NCBI GenBank assembly: GCA_002811645.1
Contig: PDIP01000008.1
Location: 78,749 to 142,748 of the forward strand
Origin: Corallochytrium limacisporum Hawaii
Lineage: Eukaryota; Protista; Pluriformea
DNA length: 64,000 bases
Direction: 5' to 3'
Shown: in pieces, positions 33,711 through 44,684 of the stretch
How the letters are laid out: every line of letters starts with the position of its first letter
Position numbering within the stretch: the first letter of the stretch is position 1
Position numbers and translations under genes: made by a program
Notes under the pieces: generated by a model
What the model was told of the DNA's origin: nothing
Database searches by the model: none
What the model saw: the letters and a program-made list of their open reading frames with translations, nothing else

Positions 33711-36497
33711 ATGGACGAGCATAGCATTCAAACAGCGTTGCTCTTTATTGTGACTCTGCTGCTTGCATTTAACATTTTGCAGCAGCAGCGGAGCTCCCGG
33801 TTGATCCAGAAGGAAGGGACTGCAGAGAAACTGGTGGAGAGCAAGTCCCATGCTTCGAGCAAGGCGCCGGAAAAGGTAAAGCCCGCACAGCGCACGGGTG
33901 GCATGTGTCCTGTGGGAGCGGGTGGCAAGAGCAGTGGCTACCGCGGCGCAGAGGCTTCTTCGGAGTACTGCCCGCCAGAGCTGATGTTGAGTATGGAACA
34001 GCGCAGGAACGTTCGTGGTCGCCGATGGGGTGGTGCCTCGAAGGTTTCTCGCATTGAGGACCTTCTGGTTCCTCAGGACTTGACAAAGTTTGGTCCTGAT
34101 GACCGCACTCGCACCATTGCCAGAATTATGGGTGCCATTACCCGCGCTCACGGACTGCGCGTGAACAATGAGTCACGAAACATTGTCTTTGATATTGTCT
34201 TGGACGAAGTTTTACAGTTGTCAAATTCAGAATACGGTTTTATTGGCGAGTGGCACCAGGCACCTGAGGTGGAAAGGCCGCACTTACACACATATTCAAT
34301 CACCAATATTGCATGGACCAAGGAATTGAATGCCTTCTACCGGGAGCATATGGAGTCGGGTCTGTATTTCTACGATTTGAACAATTTGTTCGGCCACTGT
34401 CTCATTTATGGTATGCCAATCATCTCGAACAGTCCCGCTGAGCACGAACTCTCTGGAGGTCTGCCAGTTGGCCATCCTCCTCTTAACGCTGTGATGCTTT
34501 TGCCTTTCAAGGACAACGCCGGGCAAGTCTATGGGTGCATTGGCATTGCCAACCGTCCCGGTGGTTACAACGAGGATGTGCGCGACTTCCTGAGCCCTTA
34601 CATTACTACCATTGCTCAGCTCTTGCGTTCGTACCGCCAGGATCGCAAGGCGGAAGAATCCAGGAAGGCTATGGACCGGCAGAGTGAACGCCTAAACGCG
34701 GTCATCGAAGCAGCCAGCTCAGGTATTTGGGAAATCGATATGGAAGATAACAACAAATTCTATGCCTCTGCGGCTACGTACAGAACGCTTAGCATGGACG
34801 TCCACCAGAATTCGGAATTCAGGGGGTTGAGCATGTTTGAAGCCTGCGCCGTAGATGCCAAAGAAATTGAGGCTCTGCGCGCTTTCTTTGGAGAATGCGG
34901 GAAATTTAACGATGATCCGTTGACAAATACTCGACCGAGGTGGAACGAGCACATTATCCGCATGTCCAACGCAAAGACTGGTGCGGAGCAGCACATCCTG
35001 GTGCGTGCGAACACCATCGTTACCAAGGACCCCAAAGTACGCATCTCTCGCATTGCCGGTAGTATTGACGATATCACACAGAAGCTTGAAATGGAACAGG
35101 CAGTAATTCGGGCCTCAAACGCCAAGTCTGAATTCCTCGCCAATATGAGCCACGAGATGCGCACTCCTCTGAACGCCATGCTGGCAGGGTGTGACATCAT
35201 TGATAGCAATAGCAGCAGCAACGAGGTTCACGATATTGTCAACCTCATGCGGGTCAGTGCGAATCACTTGACTAACCTGGTCAATGACGTCCTTGACTTT
35301 AGCTCTGTGGAGTCTGGCCGGATCAAGTTTGATTGGGGTCCAGTGGATGTCCAGCAGCTCCTGGCTGCTGCTCTGGATATCGTTCGCCCGCAGGTCCGCG
35401 ACAGCGTCAACCTGGACATTGTTCTGACAACACCTGTGAACAAGGTGATTCATCTGCCTCATACACGGGTTCTTCAGGTTCTGATCAATGTGCTTAACAA
35501 TGCTGCCAAGTTTACTCACTCCGGCAATATTTCTTTGATTGTCGATGGTGCACCAGAGCTCATTGAGGGTCTGGAGCTCAGTGAAGAACATCCGGAGGTA
35601 ATTCTATTCAGCGTCAAGGATTCTGGCATCGGTATACCCCAGGAGAAGCTCAATGCCATCTTCCAACCGTTCACCCAGCTAGACATGTCCTCACAGAAGA
35701 AGTACCGGGGTGCTGGCGTGGGTTTGGCTGTGTGCAAGAAGATTTTGAATACTATGGGAGGAGACATTCGGGTGTCCAGTGCTCAGGGTGTCGGTTCCAC
35801 GTTCTACTGCTATTGCCCATGCAAGTTTTTGGGTGAGGACAAGTTGGTTCGGGGATCCATTTCCATGATTCCCCGTGTCACTGCACAATATGAGTCTGAC
35901 TGTCTTGCTAACATTCGCCGCATGTCCTACGAAGCGGACTCGGAGACCCAATCTACGTCCAATTCGATTCCGAACTCGAGCTCCAATTCCAAGGCATACA
36001 GCTCAACTGAGGAGACTGACGGAGATTCTGGATATTGCGATGACTTTTACACTGCCGATGTGCTGGTCGCAGAGGACAACAAAATCAATCAGAAAGTTAT
36101 CACCAAGCTCTTGGACAGTGCTGGCATAACTAGCTATAAATGCTCGAACGGAAGCGAAGCTGTCAAGGCGGTGCAGGCCAGGGTCAACAACCCGTTCAAA
36201 GCCATATTTATGGACATCAACATGCCGGTCATGGATGGAATTGAGTCCACTCGTATCATCATGAGTCAGTGGGACACTTGGACTGGTGACCGCTCTGTGT
36301 CCCGTCCCAAGATTGTTGCCTTCACTGCCAGTGCCTACCGAGAAGATGAGGCCAAGTGCCGAGAAATGGGCATGACTGCTTTCCTGCCTAAACCTGTTCG
36401 CAAGGAAGACGTTCTGGCGGTACTGCATCAGCTCAACCTGACCGCCACAGGCCCTCGTCTCAGCTTTGCCGAGACTGCCGATATGAACTCCACTTAA
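33711..36497 (+). CDS. Hybrid sensor histidine kinase (TM/signal anchor, GAF, PAS-like, HisKA, HATPase, receiver)
   Basis: H-box EFLANMSHEMRTPLNA, N-box QVLINVLNNAAKFT, G1 DSGIGI, F-box FQPFTQ, G2 GAGVGL. Receiver VAEDN, FMDINMPVMDG, FTA and KP. GAF motifs SEYGFIGE, ITNIAW and GGLPVGHPPL. Confidence 0.95.
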   Translation: MDEHSIQTALLFIVTLLLAFNILQQQRSSRLIQKEGTAEKLVESKSHASSKAPEKVKPAQRTGGMCPVGAGGKSSGYRGAEASSEYCPPELMLSMEQRRNVRGRRWGGASKVSRIEDLLVPQDLTKFGPDDRTRTIARIMGAITRAHGLRVNNESRNIVFDIVLDEVLQLSNSEYGFIGEWHQAPEVERPHLHTYSITNIAWTKELNAFYREHMESGLYFYDLNNLFGHCLIYGMPIISNSPAEHELSGGLPVGHPPLNAVMLLPFKDNAGQVYGCIGIANRPGGYNEDVRDFLSPYITTIAQLLRSYRQDRKAEESRKAMDRQSERLNAVIEAASSGIWEIDMEDNNKFYASAATYRTLSMDVHQNSEFRGLSMFEACAVDAKEIEALRAFFGECGKFNDDPLTNTRPRWNEHIIRMSNAKTGAEQHILVRANTIVTKDPKVRISRIAGSIDDITQKLEMEQAVIRASNAKSEFLANMSHEMRTPLNAMLAGCDIIDSNSSSNEVHDIVNLMRVSANHLTNLVNDVLDFSSVESGRIKFDWGPVDVQQLLAAALDIVRPQVRDSVNLDIVLTTPVNKVIHLPHTRVLQVLINVLNNAAKFTHSGNISLIVDGAPELIEGLELSEEHPEVILFSVKDSGIGIPQEKLNAIFQPFTQLDMSSQKKYRGAGVGLAVCKKILNTMGGDIRVSSAQGVGSTFYCYCPCKFLGEDKLVRGSISMIPRVTAQYESDCLANIRRMSYEADSETQSTSNSIPNSSSNSKAYSSTEETDGDSGYCDDFYTADVLVAEDNKINQKVITKLLDSAGITSYKCSNGSEAVKAVQARVNNPFKAIFMDINMPVMDGIESTRIIMSQWDTWTGDRSVSRPKIVAFTASAYREDEAKCREMGMTAFLPKPVRKEDVLAVLHQLNLTATGPRLSFAETADMNST

Positions 36498-36783
36498 TGT
36501 CTGTGTCGAGACCACATTTCCATGCATATCACATATCTCCTATTGAAAGTTATTTCTCGACACACAGGCACATAAAGCATTCACATAGAATCATAAAATA
36601 TACATCATGGCCATTGCACTATACATGCATTTCTGCTTTAGTGGATGTACGCACCTCTACATTGGCCTGGCCCGGCTTCTGGCCAGCCAACTGTTCACGA
36701 TGCTGCGCAATTCGCCAAAGAAAGGCGAAAGATTAACGAAAAAGGGATTCCCCCGGGGAGGAGAGGGAGGGGGATCGACGGGA

Positions 36784-36811
36784 GTCATCCCATCGTCATC
36801 CCATCGTCATC
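36784..36811 (+). repeat. Short tandem repeat (GTCATCCCATC) x2.5
   Basis: gtcatcccatc gtcatcccatc gtcatc read directly. Confidence 0.8.
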
Positions 36812-36974
36812 TAGCTGAAATGGCGAAAACTCATCGATAGGTATGCTTTCGTGGCAAGCTACTCGACGAGTGCCTTTGAGAGTAGGTTTGGAAATATTTA
36901 TGTGCCCTTAATCTTGAACGTGCTAAATTGTTCCACTGAAAGCTGCGTGATCCATAAACGCTCAAGGTCAAATC

Positions 36975-37508
36975 ATGAACTCTGAACACAAACAGTTGAA
37001 AGGCTTAACGGCTGCTGATGCCTACAAACTTTGGAAGGAAATCGATCCTGCGCAGTGCAAGTTGGAGAGACTCAATGGTCGCTATAAAGCTGGAATTTGG
37101 ACGCTCCCAGGTCTCAGCCATCAGACTACAGTCAGTGTCATGAACGTGGTCATGGACTGGGCCGGTCTGAAGGGCTGGTGGGGCAAGCAATTTACTGGCG
37201 ATGGCCGTGGCATCAATATCTGCTACCCGGACGCAGATAAGATCTTTCAGCGTACGAAGAGTCTTGAGAAGCGCTGTCCTATGCACATTGTGGTACAACC
37301 ATCACTAGTCGACGGAAAGCCTTGCGTTTGTGTCCAATATCGCAAGGAAGATGGTGCCTTTGCCCCTTGGACTGGTGTGTACGATGAGCTACGTCCCTTG
37401 GATGACGATACTTGGATTGGTATGGCGGCCCTCAATTTTGGTGGAAGCACCTTTGCATGGGCCACAGCCAATCCGTTCCTGCTCGAAAAGGTTGGCCCGG
37501 CGGAGTAA
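36975..37508 (+). CDS. Small uncharacterised protein resembling bacterial GXWXG-type hypothetical proteins
   Basis: 177 aa. Motifs LNGRY, GWWGKQF, SLVDGKPC..Y and DELR..DDTWIG resemble a bacterial hypothetical family from memory. Confidence 0.6.
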   Translation: MNSEHKQLKGLTAADAYKLWKEIDPAQCKLERLNGRYKAGIWTLPGLSHQTTVSVMNVVMDWAGLKGWWGKQFTGDGRGINICYPDADKIFQRTKSLEKRCPMHIVVQPSLVDGKPCVCVQYRKEDGAFAPWTGVYDELRPLDDDTWIGMAALNFGGSTFAWATANPFLLEKVGPAE

Positions 37509-38589
37509 ACCGCCTCGCATCTCGGCCAAGTTTGCTCAGTGTCCAGGCCCTCTTTGACACCAAAATACAATCCTTGTCCCCAACGGTGTTGATGGATGAC
37601 TTATTCCTTTGATTTAGAATAGAAGCAAAGGCATCCCACACCGCCCTCCCCCCTCACGAATCCATGACCATTTCCCTCCCCTCCAGTCCCAAATGAAGAT
37701 CCTGCCAGAGTGCGATTGTATCTCAGATGCCCACCCGCTACCGTCCCTGGCGACCCGTGCTGTCTAACGCGGCCGGAGGGAAGGGGGAGGAAAGGAGGGG
37801 GCTGGCGCACCGCACACAAAATAGCACACGTCCCTCTTTTCAGTCGCTGCGAGACCAAATAAAGAAAATTCCGATGCCCTTTGAGAGACCCGAAGCTTTG
37901 GCTTCCCGTTTATTTTGCGGCGGACTGAGGGTGGATCTCGGTTAATCTGGTCCATTTCTTGTTTCCTCCGACGGTTTGTCCTCTTTATCGACGTTTCCCT
38001 TTCGTCGTGGCCCGATAGTGGAGCAGTGACACATAACGGGCAGGGGAAGCAAAATGAAAGGGTCGAAACTTCCCGGTGGAACCAATATTAACTTGTTGCG
38101 GGGTATTCTGCTATGTATTCTTGGCGGGGGGTTGTTAGCAATAGAATGAATGCGTAGTAGCAGCGTATACGTCTCAGTCGCGGTGCACTCAGCAAGCCCA
38201 GTGTCCCCAACCACGCACCAACCCCAACCCAAACACAAGGGGAGCGAACGCGCGGGGACTGAATTTTCCCTTTGGCAAGCCAGGGGCAGCGGGTGAGATT
38301 GGAAACCCCGGAGTCTCAGAAAGGAAGGTCTTTGGAGTTCAAGATTTTGTCGAAGAATGCTGAAAAGAGCAGCTATAAAATGGTAAATGCTATGACTTCA
38401 TTATGGTTATAAGAGAATAATCTGCAAAGAGGGATCCTCGTGTTGAAGAATTGCTAGAGGGTGATGGCACTTCGTCATCTAATATACGACAACGACAAAC
38501 CATTGTGAGGAGTTTGTCCTCGGAAAATCAGGTATGGTGGACCCTTCGTAGATCATGTCTTCATAAGGGATGAATTGTAGTGTATAAAT

Positions 38590-40851
38590 ATGTTAAGGTC
38601 TGGGTCCTCAGCGAGCTTCCAGAAGTTGAGGTCTGGTATTTCAAACGGTGGGTCGCGAACACATTCGCGGCAAGGTTCTGCTGATATCGGTGGCGCCGCC
38701 AATGTCAGGCTGGGCAGCGGACAAACGACCCCACGGGGGGATCGTGCCTTTAGTAGTCAGCTAGGCTATTCGACTGGGACTGCTTCCCCGCTGGCTTTAT
38801 CACAGGCACCGCAAAAGCCAACAGAGACGAGAATTGATGGCCTTGGCACCCTATCAGGAAACGGACAAGACTGGGACTACATCACACCTGGAAACCAGAA
38901 TGAGCCAGCCAACTACGATCCGACGGGCAAGTCCAAACACAAAATAGGGCACAAATTGAAAAGATTTAGGTCTCACAGCACGAGACTCGGAGCAGCCTGG
39001 CGCAGGCGCCGGCCGCTCTATATTTTGGCACTTATTGCTGCCATTATGATGCTATTATACATTTACTGGGATGAATTCGTAAAAACGACGGAAGCATGGT
39101 CATGGGACTACGAGGTAGGGTTTGTTACCTCGGCCCCATCAGGAGACAAAAGTCCGCATAACACTCAACACTTCCCAGACACAGAATTGCCACAATTTTA
39201 CGTCATCATCGACGCTGGAAGTAGTGGGAGCCGCATCCACATTTATGAGGCGACCTATGACGAATCAGGTGAATTGGAGGCCCTAGAAGCGATGCGGATC
39301 GGAGACGACAGGGAGATGGCAGTGTTAAAGATTGAACCGGGTCTTAGCTCGTACAGCCAAACACCAACGGATGCTGTTACCAGTCTCAAGGAACTCATTG
39401 ACTATGCTGAAAACCTGATTCCAATTACTGATTTGCCAAAGACAAATCTCTACGTATTGGCGACGGCGGGTCTACGCCTTCTGGACGACAAGACTCGATT
39501 GCGCTTGCAAAAAGCAATCGAAGATGAGTTACCACATCAGACTGCAATGAAATTGGTAGAGGTGGACACTCTCGACGGACAGTGGGAGGCTGTCTATGCA
39601 TGGCTAAGCTTCAACTGGATGCAGGGTAAAATTGTCAAGGAATTTGAGAACAAAAATACTCACAGTCTCCCTGGCCAAAATTTTCCATCAGGACATAAAA
39701 CGTGGGATGAGATTAGTAGCTTTCCGGTTATTGACATGGGGGGCGCCTCCGCGCAAATTGCAATGGAAGTACCCGGGTCACCTGGGAAGCTCGACCTGGA
39801 TGAAAATGATCCCGTTGTCTCACTTCAGCTGAGCTCTGATCATCCAACGTACCGCCTCTTCATTCATTCCTACATTCGGTTCGGGGCTAATCAGGCCAGA
39901 AAACGTTATCTCAGGTGGCTGCTGGCCAAAGAGTCAGGGAAAGGAAACGCCCAAGGAGACGCTGGTTCACGCATTCATGGCGACAGCATTGTTCTCAAGG
40001 ACCCATGTCTGCACCCCGATCGCAGTGATGATGAGGAAATTGACAAGCTGAAAGTTAGTGTTGAAGGGACTGGAAACTTCTACCAATGTGCTGAAAATCT
40101 GAAGTTTCTCTTTGACAAAACCGCTCCATGTTCTAACAAGCCCTGTGCATTCAATGGCGTGCATCAACCCGAGCTCCCATGGGGAACACATGAGATCTTC
40201 GGCATCAGCGAGTTCTGGTACACTTCTTGGGATGTATTCCACTTTACAGGGCCCTATGACGAGGACACATTCGTCAAGGCGGCTGAGGCATGGTGCCTCC
40301 GTGACTGGGATGCTCTAGTGGAAGAGTACGATGCTGGTCTTTTCCCAACTGCAGGCCGCACTCGTTTCCGTGATCAGTGCTTCAAGTCTGCCTGGATGCA
40401 CACTTTCTTACACTATGCCTTTGAAATGCCAAAGTCCGCCACCTTCCACCCCATTAGCAAGGTCAACGGTGCGGAAGTGTCCTGGACCTTAGGAGCTCTT
40501 TTGCACCGCATTTATGACGGGATCACTGAAGCTCCAGTGGATGATGAGGATGAAGGCGGTGACGCGGAGCAAGAAGTCGCGTTGCAGCGCAAGAAGCAGC
40601 AACAACAACAGCAAGAAGGCACAGGAACAACTGATGAACACTTTGCCGACGGTCCGGTTCCCCAGTTCCTCGGTCTTGTGTGGTATAATTGGATGGTCGT
40701 TTGCACCATCGTAGGCGTTGCCGTCTACATCTGGCGCCGTAGGCAGAGGAACACCATTAGCCTGCCCACTCACGCTGATGTAAACAACGGTGGCATCAAC
40801 GGAGACCCATATCGTCAGATCTATGAGCGCGGATCCATGTCCTACATTTAG
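38590..40851 (+). CDS. GDA1/CD39-family apyrase (ENTPD4/7, Ynd1-like) with N- and C-terminal TM segments
   Basis: Apyrase conserved regions IDAGSSGSR, ATAGLR, GQWEAVYAW, DMGGASAQI and SWTLGA. Hydrophobic helices flank the catalytic domain. Confidence 0.93.
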   Translation: MLRSGSSASFQKLRSGISNGGSRTHSRQGSADIGGAANVRLGSGQTTPRGDRAFSSQLGYSTGTASPLALSQAPQKPTETRIDGLGTLSGNGQDWDYITPGNQNEPANYDPTGKSKHKIGHKLKRFRSHSTRLGAAWRRRRPLYILALIAAIMMLLYIYWDEFVKTTEAWSWDYEVGFVTSAPSGDKSPHNTQHFPDTELPQFYVIIDAGSSGSRIHIYEATYDESGELEALEAMRIGDDREMAVLKIEPGLSSYSQTPTDAVTSLKELIDYAENLIPITDLPKTNLYVLATAGLRLLDDKTRLRLQKAIEDELPHQTAMKLVEVDTLDGQWEAVYAWLSFNWMQGKIVKEFENKNTHSLPGQNFPSGHKTWDEISSFPVIDMGGASAQIAMEVPGSPGKLDLDENDPVVSLQLSSDHPTYRLFIHSYIRFGANQARKRYLRWLLAKESGKGNAQGDAGSRIHGDSIVLKDPCLHPDRSDDEEIDKLKVSVEGTGNFYQCAENLKFLFDKTAPCSNKPCAFNGVHQPELPWGTHEIFGISEFWYTSWDVFHFTGPYDEDTFVKAAEAWCLRDWDALVEEYDAGLFPTAGRTRFRDQCFKSAWMHTFLHYAFEMPKSATFHPISKVNGAEVSWTLGALLHRIYDGITEAPVDDEDEGGDAEQEVALQRKKQQQQQQEGTGTTDEHFADGPVPQFLGLVWYNWMVVCTIVGVAVYIWRRRQRNTISLPTHADVNNGGINGDPYRQIYERGSMSYI

Positions 40852-40974
40852 GCAGAAGGTGTTCAACATACATATACTGATACTCTGTGTAGTAGTAATC
40901 TCTGGTTTGTCCCTTGCCTGTGAACAGCTGCCCATTGCTTACAGTTTGGGTTTCGAACTAAGACTGCCAGGGAG

Positions 40975-42657
40975 TCATACGAAAGGTTGAGGCTTGTCGC
41001 CCACACCACCAGCAAGCTCATAGGTTTTCAAAGCCACGGTCACAGCAAGTTCGTCGCACTGCTCCCGGGTCTCGGCTTCTGCGTAAACACGGACGACGTC
41101 TTCAGTGCCGGAAGGACGCACGAACGACCGACCCGACGGGTATTTGCGGACAATCTCGTCGATAGCCTCCTGCAAACCTTCCGGGGTCACAACTGTCTGC
41201 TCGGCATTCGTTGTCGTGATGGCGGTGCGATCGGCAACGCGAACCTTCATCTGACGATTGGGTAGGTCGTTGTACTTGGAATTCCATTCAGAAAGGGACC
41301 ATCCTTTCAGGGCCAGGCAGGCCTCGACCAGCAGGATGTCAGACAGAGCATCACCGACAGTCTCGTTGATGACCCGAACCAGAGCGCTCAGAGTCTTGTA
41401 GGCAGTCTTACCCGTATCGTTCAAAGCATTGACGTCGACACCCGCTAGACGCTGCTTGGTAGCAGGGCTGAAGATGACTGTACCGTGGCCATTGGCCTCA
41501 AAGTACACGCCGACGTCGTGCTTCACTGCCTCGTGGTGAAGGTGCTTAACACCCGTAGGAGTGAAAGGGGCCTGCAGTTTCAGTTCCTGGGTAATGTACT
41601 TAGTGCTGGAACCGTTTGCGTAAGCAGTCTGCACGACGGCGATTTTTGTGTCAAGGCCAATGGCAGTGAATAGATCGGTCAGGGCCGTAGCAGCGAGGGT
41701 GGCAATCTTATCACCGTCAAGTAGGCAGAATTTTCCATCATCATTGACGTAGTAGTAGACCACGCGGTCGGCATCACCGTCCAGGGAGGCGGCGCGGTCA
41801 CCAGGTTTCAGATCCATACCGGCAGGTGCTTTCTGGCCGACTTTCACGTAGTCAGCACCGCAGTCGTGGTTCAGCTTACCTGTGGTACCATCGTTGTAGA
41901 CAGTGATCTCCAGCACTCCCGCCAGCTTTTCTCCAAAGGCTCGGGCCTTGGGTGCTCCGACACCGTTAGCCGCATCAATCATAAGCTTCTGCGTCTTGTG
42001 GGCGGCGGCAGTGACACCCGTGTCCAGTACCTCTTTGTAGGCTGTGCTGAGCTTGGTGAAATATCCTTCTTCAGTCGGCTCACCATACTCTCCATTAGTG
42101 TTCAAGCAACATACGATGTAGTGCAGCTGTGGAGTGGTGACGATTCCAAGATCCTGCACGGTGCCACCAGTCGCTTCGATGCCAGCGACGCACTTGGCGA
42201 GCAGAGCCTCGCCTGAGGGCCGAGTATCGCGACCCACGACGACTAAAGGCTTCACGGTAGTGTCGACTTTCTGGTCTTCAATGATTGATTTCACTACGGC
42301 CTCGACCCCGTCGGCGGAAGCGTTGGCCAGCTGTGTGGCACAGGCTTCCCAACTGGATTCGAGCATCTCCCCCAAAGGGTCGACAACTTTGACACCATTG
42401 TCTTCCTCAGGGTTGTGGCTAGCTGTGATCATTACACCAATACGCTTACCACCTTGGGCCTGGGAACGAAGGGCAGCCAGGACACCGATGCGGAACATTG
42501 CTGGTGGTAGCTTGTCGGCATGCATGCGGAAACCCGCCGTACCGTACGTGTACTTGAGACCATCAGGGATGGGATTGTCCACACAACCGGCTTTGATTTT
42601 GTCACTCATCTCTTCAGTCAACTTGAGCAGGAGTATTTTATTGTTGGTATTGTCCAT
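40975..42657 (-). CDS. PGM3: Phosphoacetylglucosamine mutase
   Basis: Motifs YGTAGFR, MITASHNP, DGDADR, GVYFEANGHG and RSFVRPSGTEDVVRVYAEA. Alternative start at 42609. Confidence 0.96.
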   Translation of the reverse strand: MDNTNNKILLLKLTEEMSDKIKAGCVDNPIPDGLKYTYGTAGFRMHADKLPPAMFRIGVLAALRSQAQGGKRIGVMITASHNPEEDNGVKVVDPLGEMLESSWEACATQLANASADGVEAVVKSIIEDQKVDTTVKPLVVVGRDTRPSGEALLAKCVAGIEATGGTVQDLGIVTTPQLHYIVCCLNTNGEYGEPTEEGYFTKLSTAYKEVLDTGVTAAAHKTQKLMIDAANGVGAPKARAFGEKLAGVLEITVYNDGTTGKLNHDCGADYVKVGQKAPAGMDLKPGDRAASLDGDADRVVYYYVNDDGKFCLLDGDKIATLAATALTDLFTAIGLDTKIAVVQTAYANGSSTKYITQELKLQAPFTPTGVKHLHHEAVKHDVGVYFEANGHGTVIFSPATKQRLAGVDVNALNDTGKTAYKTLSALVRVINETVGDALSDILLVEACLALKGWSLSEWNSKYNDLPNRQMKVRVADRTAITTTNAEQTVVTPEGLQEAIDEIVRKYPSGRSFVRPSGTEDVVRVYAEAETREQCDELAVTVALKTYELAGGVGDKPQPFV

Positions 42658-43595
42658 TCATAACGCCAGGTTCTTTTTGTCTGATCTGCCATCAGTCAAG
42701 TAACTCTCCACCCACAGCTCTTGTACAATGGAGTTCCCGGACAACCCAATGATCGCTGCGTGTCCGGCCCCTTTCGACCGTTTGATCTGATCATTTCCAT
42801 AGTTGCGGTTCGGTGGTATTTCGCTTACTTTCTTTTTTTTTTGTTTTTGTTTTTTCTTCTCGGCGCAGAGAGAGGGTTTTGGCAAAAAAAAAATCATTGG
42901 CTTTTTAGATTGGCCCCCTCCCATCCCAGAGGAGGGGGGGGTGGGTGGTACTTGGGCTCTCCGCAGTACTCGGCATACGGCGCGGAAAACAAAAGGGAGC
43001 GCGCACGGTTCTATGAGCGGGAAAGAAACAAAAAAAAATACAAGAAAAAGAGACAACAAAAAAAAAAAAGAGAGAGAGAGAAAAAATTGGGCTTAAGGCG
43101 GGGGTGAAGGTGTAGAGATCTAGTCTCCCCCCCCGGGGGGGGGAGGGGGCCTTGGCTTCTCGCCACAATGGAAAAACCCTTCTTCCCCGACCGGCCGATT
43201 TCCTTTTTTCCGGGGTCGGCTTCTTCTTCAGTGGGGACACACTTGCCCTTACTTTTTTACTGAACGAGGAAAGAAAAACCCGTCCCTGTTCGGACCCTGG
43301 TTGGGTAAGGCCCGGTTGAGGAAAGTGGGGGGAGGGGGGGAGCGGGACAAGAAAAGCTGGGCCGGGCCAGTGAAAAGGTCTCCCGTCCTCGTCCGACCGT
43401 GGTGGGTGGCCGGCACGAAGGGACGGGCAGGTAGACTCTCATGGCTGCCAATGCTTTCGGGGTGATAGCAGCCGTAAACCACGCTCATGTCAGTAGCAAA
43501 TTGTATGGAACAGAGATAAATGTGTATGAAATATTGCTGATGATCGAAAGACGTAAAATCACCAATGGTTTGATAGTATTCCGCATACCCACTAG

Positions 43596-44684
43596 CTACT
43601 CCGGAGGATGTGCGTAGTCCATGACCTTGCGATGCAGACGGTGTTGCAACCGTTGGCTGCGGTAATATGCACGCAGGAAGTGTTTTACTCCGAAATACAG
43701 CAGCCCGCCAACCAAAGTGCGGTGAAATTGTGTCTGAATGCGACCACGGAAGAGCACGCTGCCTATGGTAGCAGCAATCGTGGGCAACGCGAGCGCTTCA
43801 ATAATTCCACGGGCGAGAGGGACCCGGTCGTTTGAATCAAGCACCTCTAGGAGCATCTCTTCGTCCTCATCAGTGATGCCTGCTGCCGCCATGTCCTCCC
43901 GAATGACCTCTGCCTGTACCGCCCGTGCGTAAGCGGCATCGTCGGTTCCGTCCTGTTCACTGGTCTCAAAGTTAGCCTGCTGTACCGTCCCCTGCCGCTG
44001 CTGTCTTCCTTGCGCCGCCTGTGCGTCTGCAATGCGAGCAGCAAGATCACGTCCACGAGGACGTTGGCGTCGTTGCTGTCGATGGACACCCACAAGCATG
44101 ACTGGGTGGATGAAGTTGGGAATCACAAGCATGCAAGGAATCATGGGCAAAGTTGTAAACAGAACTGCGGGATCCATGCGCTGCAAGAGTTCCAGACCCT
44201 TTTCCGTACCAATGATCTGGCATATCGCAAAGCCTCCATATGTGACTGCACTGAGGTACATAGTACTGAACATCATACCAATTGCAGCCAAGGGGCTTAA
44301 TGCGTTGGCGGCCGCATCCAACACGTCAATAACCTTGACAAGTGCGTCATCCTCCGTGCTTTGAATAAGGTACTTTACCTTGCATTGCGGGCAAGATACT
44401 GATACGCTAATATTCCCTTCTTGCTTTTCGTCGATCCATCGCTGTATGCACGCTTGGTGGACCCACCGGGTCGAACCCTTACACAGACATGGCTGTGCCC
44501 AAATCTTCCTGGTCTCTCGGCTGCGAGGAATTACCTGCTCCTCACCAAGACATACCCAGCAGGTCCGTGATTCTGTTGGTTGAAACGCAAAGCGCTGTGC
44601 TTCATCGGTCTCCATGTCTGCGTGGTATGCAAATCCTCCGCGTTCGTATTCTAGACGTTGTCTCTCCAGCTCAGCTTCGTCCAT
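43596..44684 (-). CDS. MARCHF5: Mitochondrial RING-CH E3 ubiquitin ligase MARCH5/MITOL
   Basis: CWVC..PCLCKGSTRWVHQACIQRWIDEKQ..CPQC, SAVTYG, ALALPTIA and RTLVGG. First ATG is 44684; the track start at 44723 is TTG. Confidence 0.92.
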   Translation of the reverse strand: MDEAELERQRLEYERGGFAYHADMETDEAQRFAFQPTESRTCWVCLGEEQVIPRSRETRKIWAQPCLCKGSTRWVHQACIQRWIDEKQEGNISVSVSCPQCKVKYLIQSTEDDALVKVIDVLDAAANALSPLAAIGMMFSTMYLSAVTYGGFAICQIIGTEKGLELLQRMDPAVLFTTLPMIPCMLVIPNFIHPVMLVGVHRQQRRQRPRGRDLAARIADAQAAQGRQQRQGTVQQANFETSEQDGTDDAAYARAVQAEVIREDMAAAGITDEDEEMLLEVLDSNDRVPLARGIIEALALPTIAATIGSVLFRGRIQTQFHRTLVGGLLYFGVKHFLRAYYRSQRLQHRLHRKVMDYAHPPE

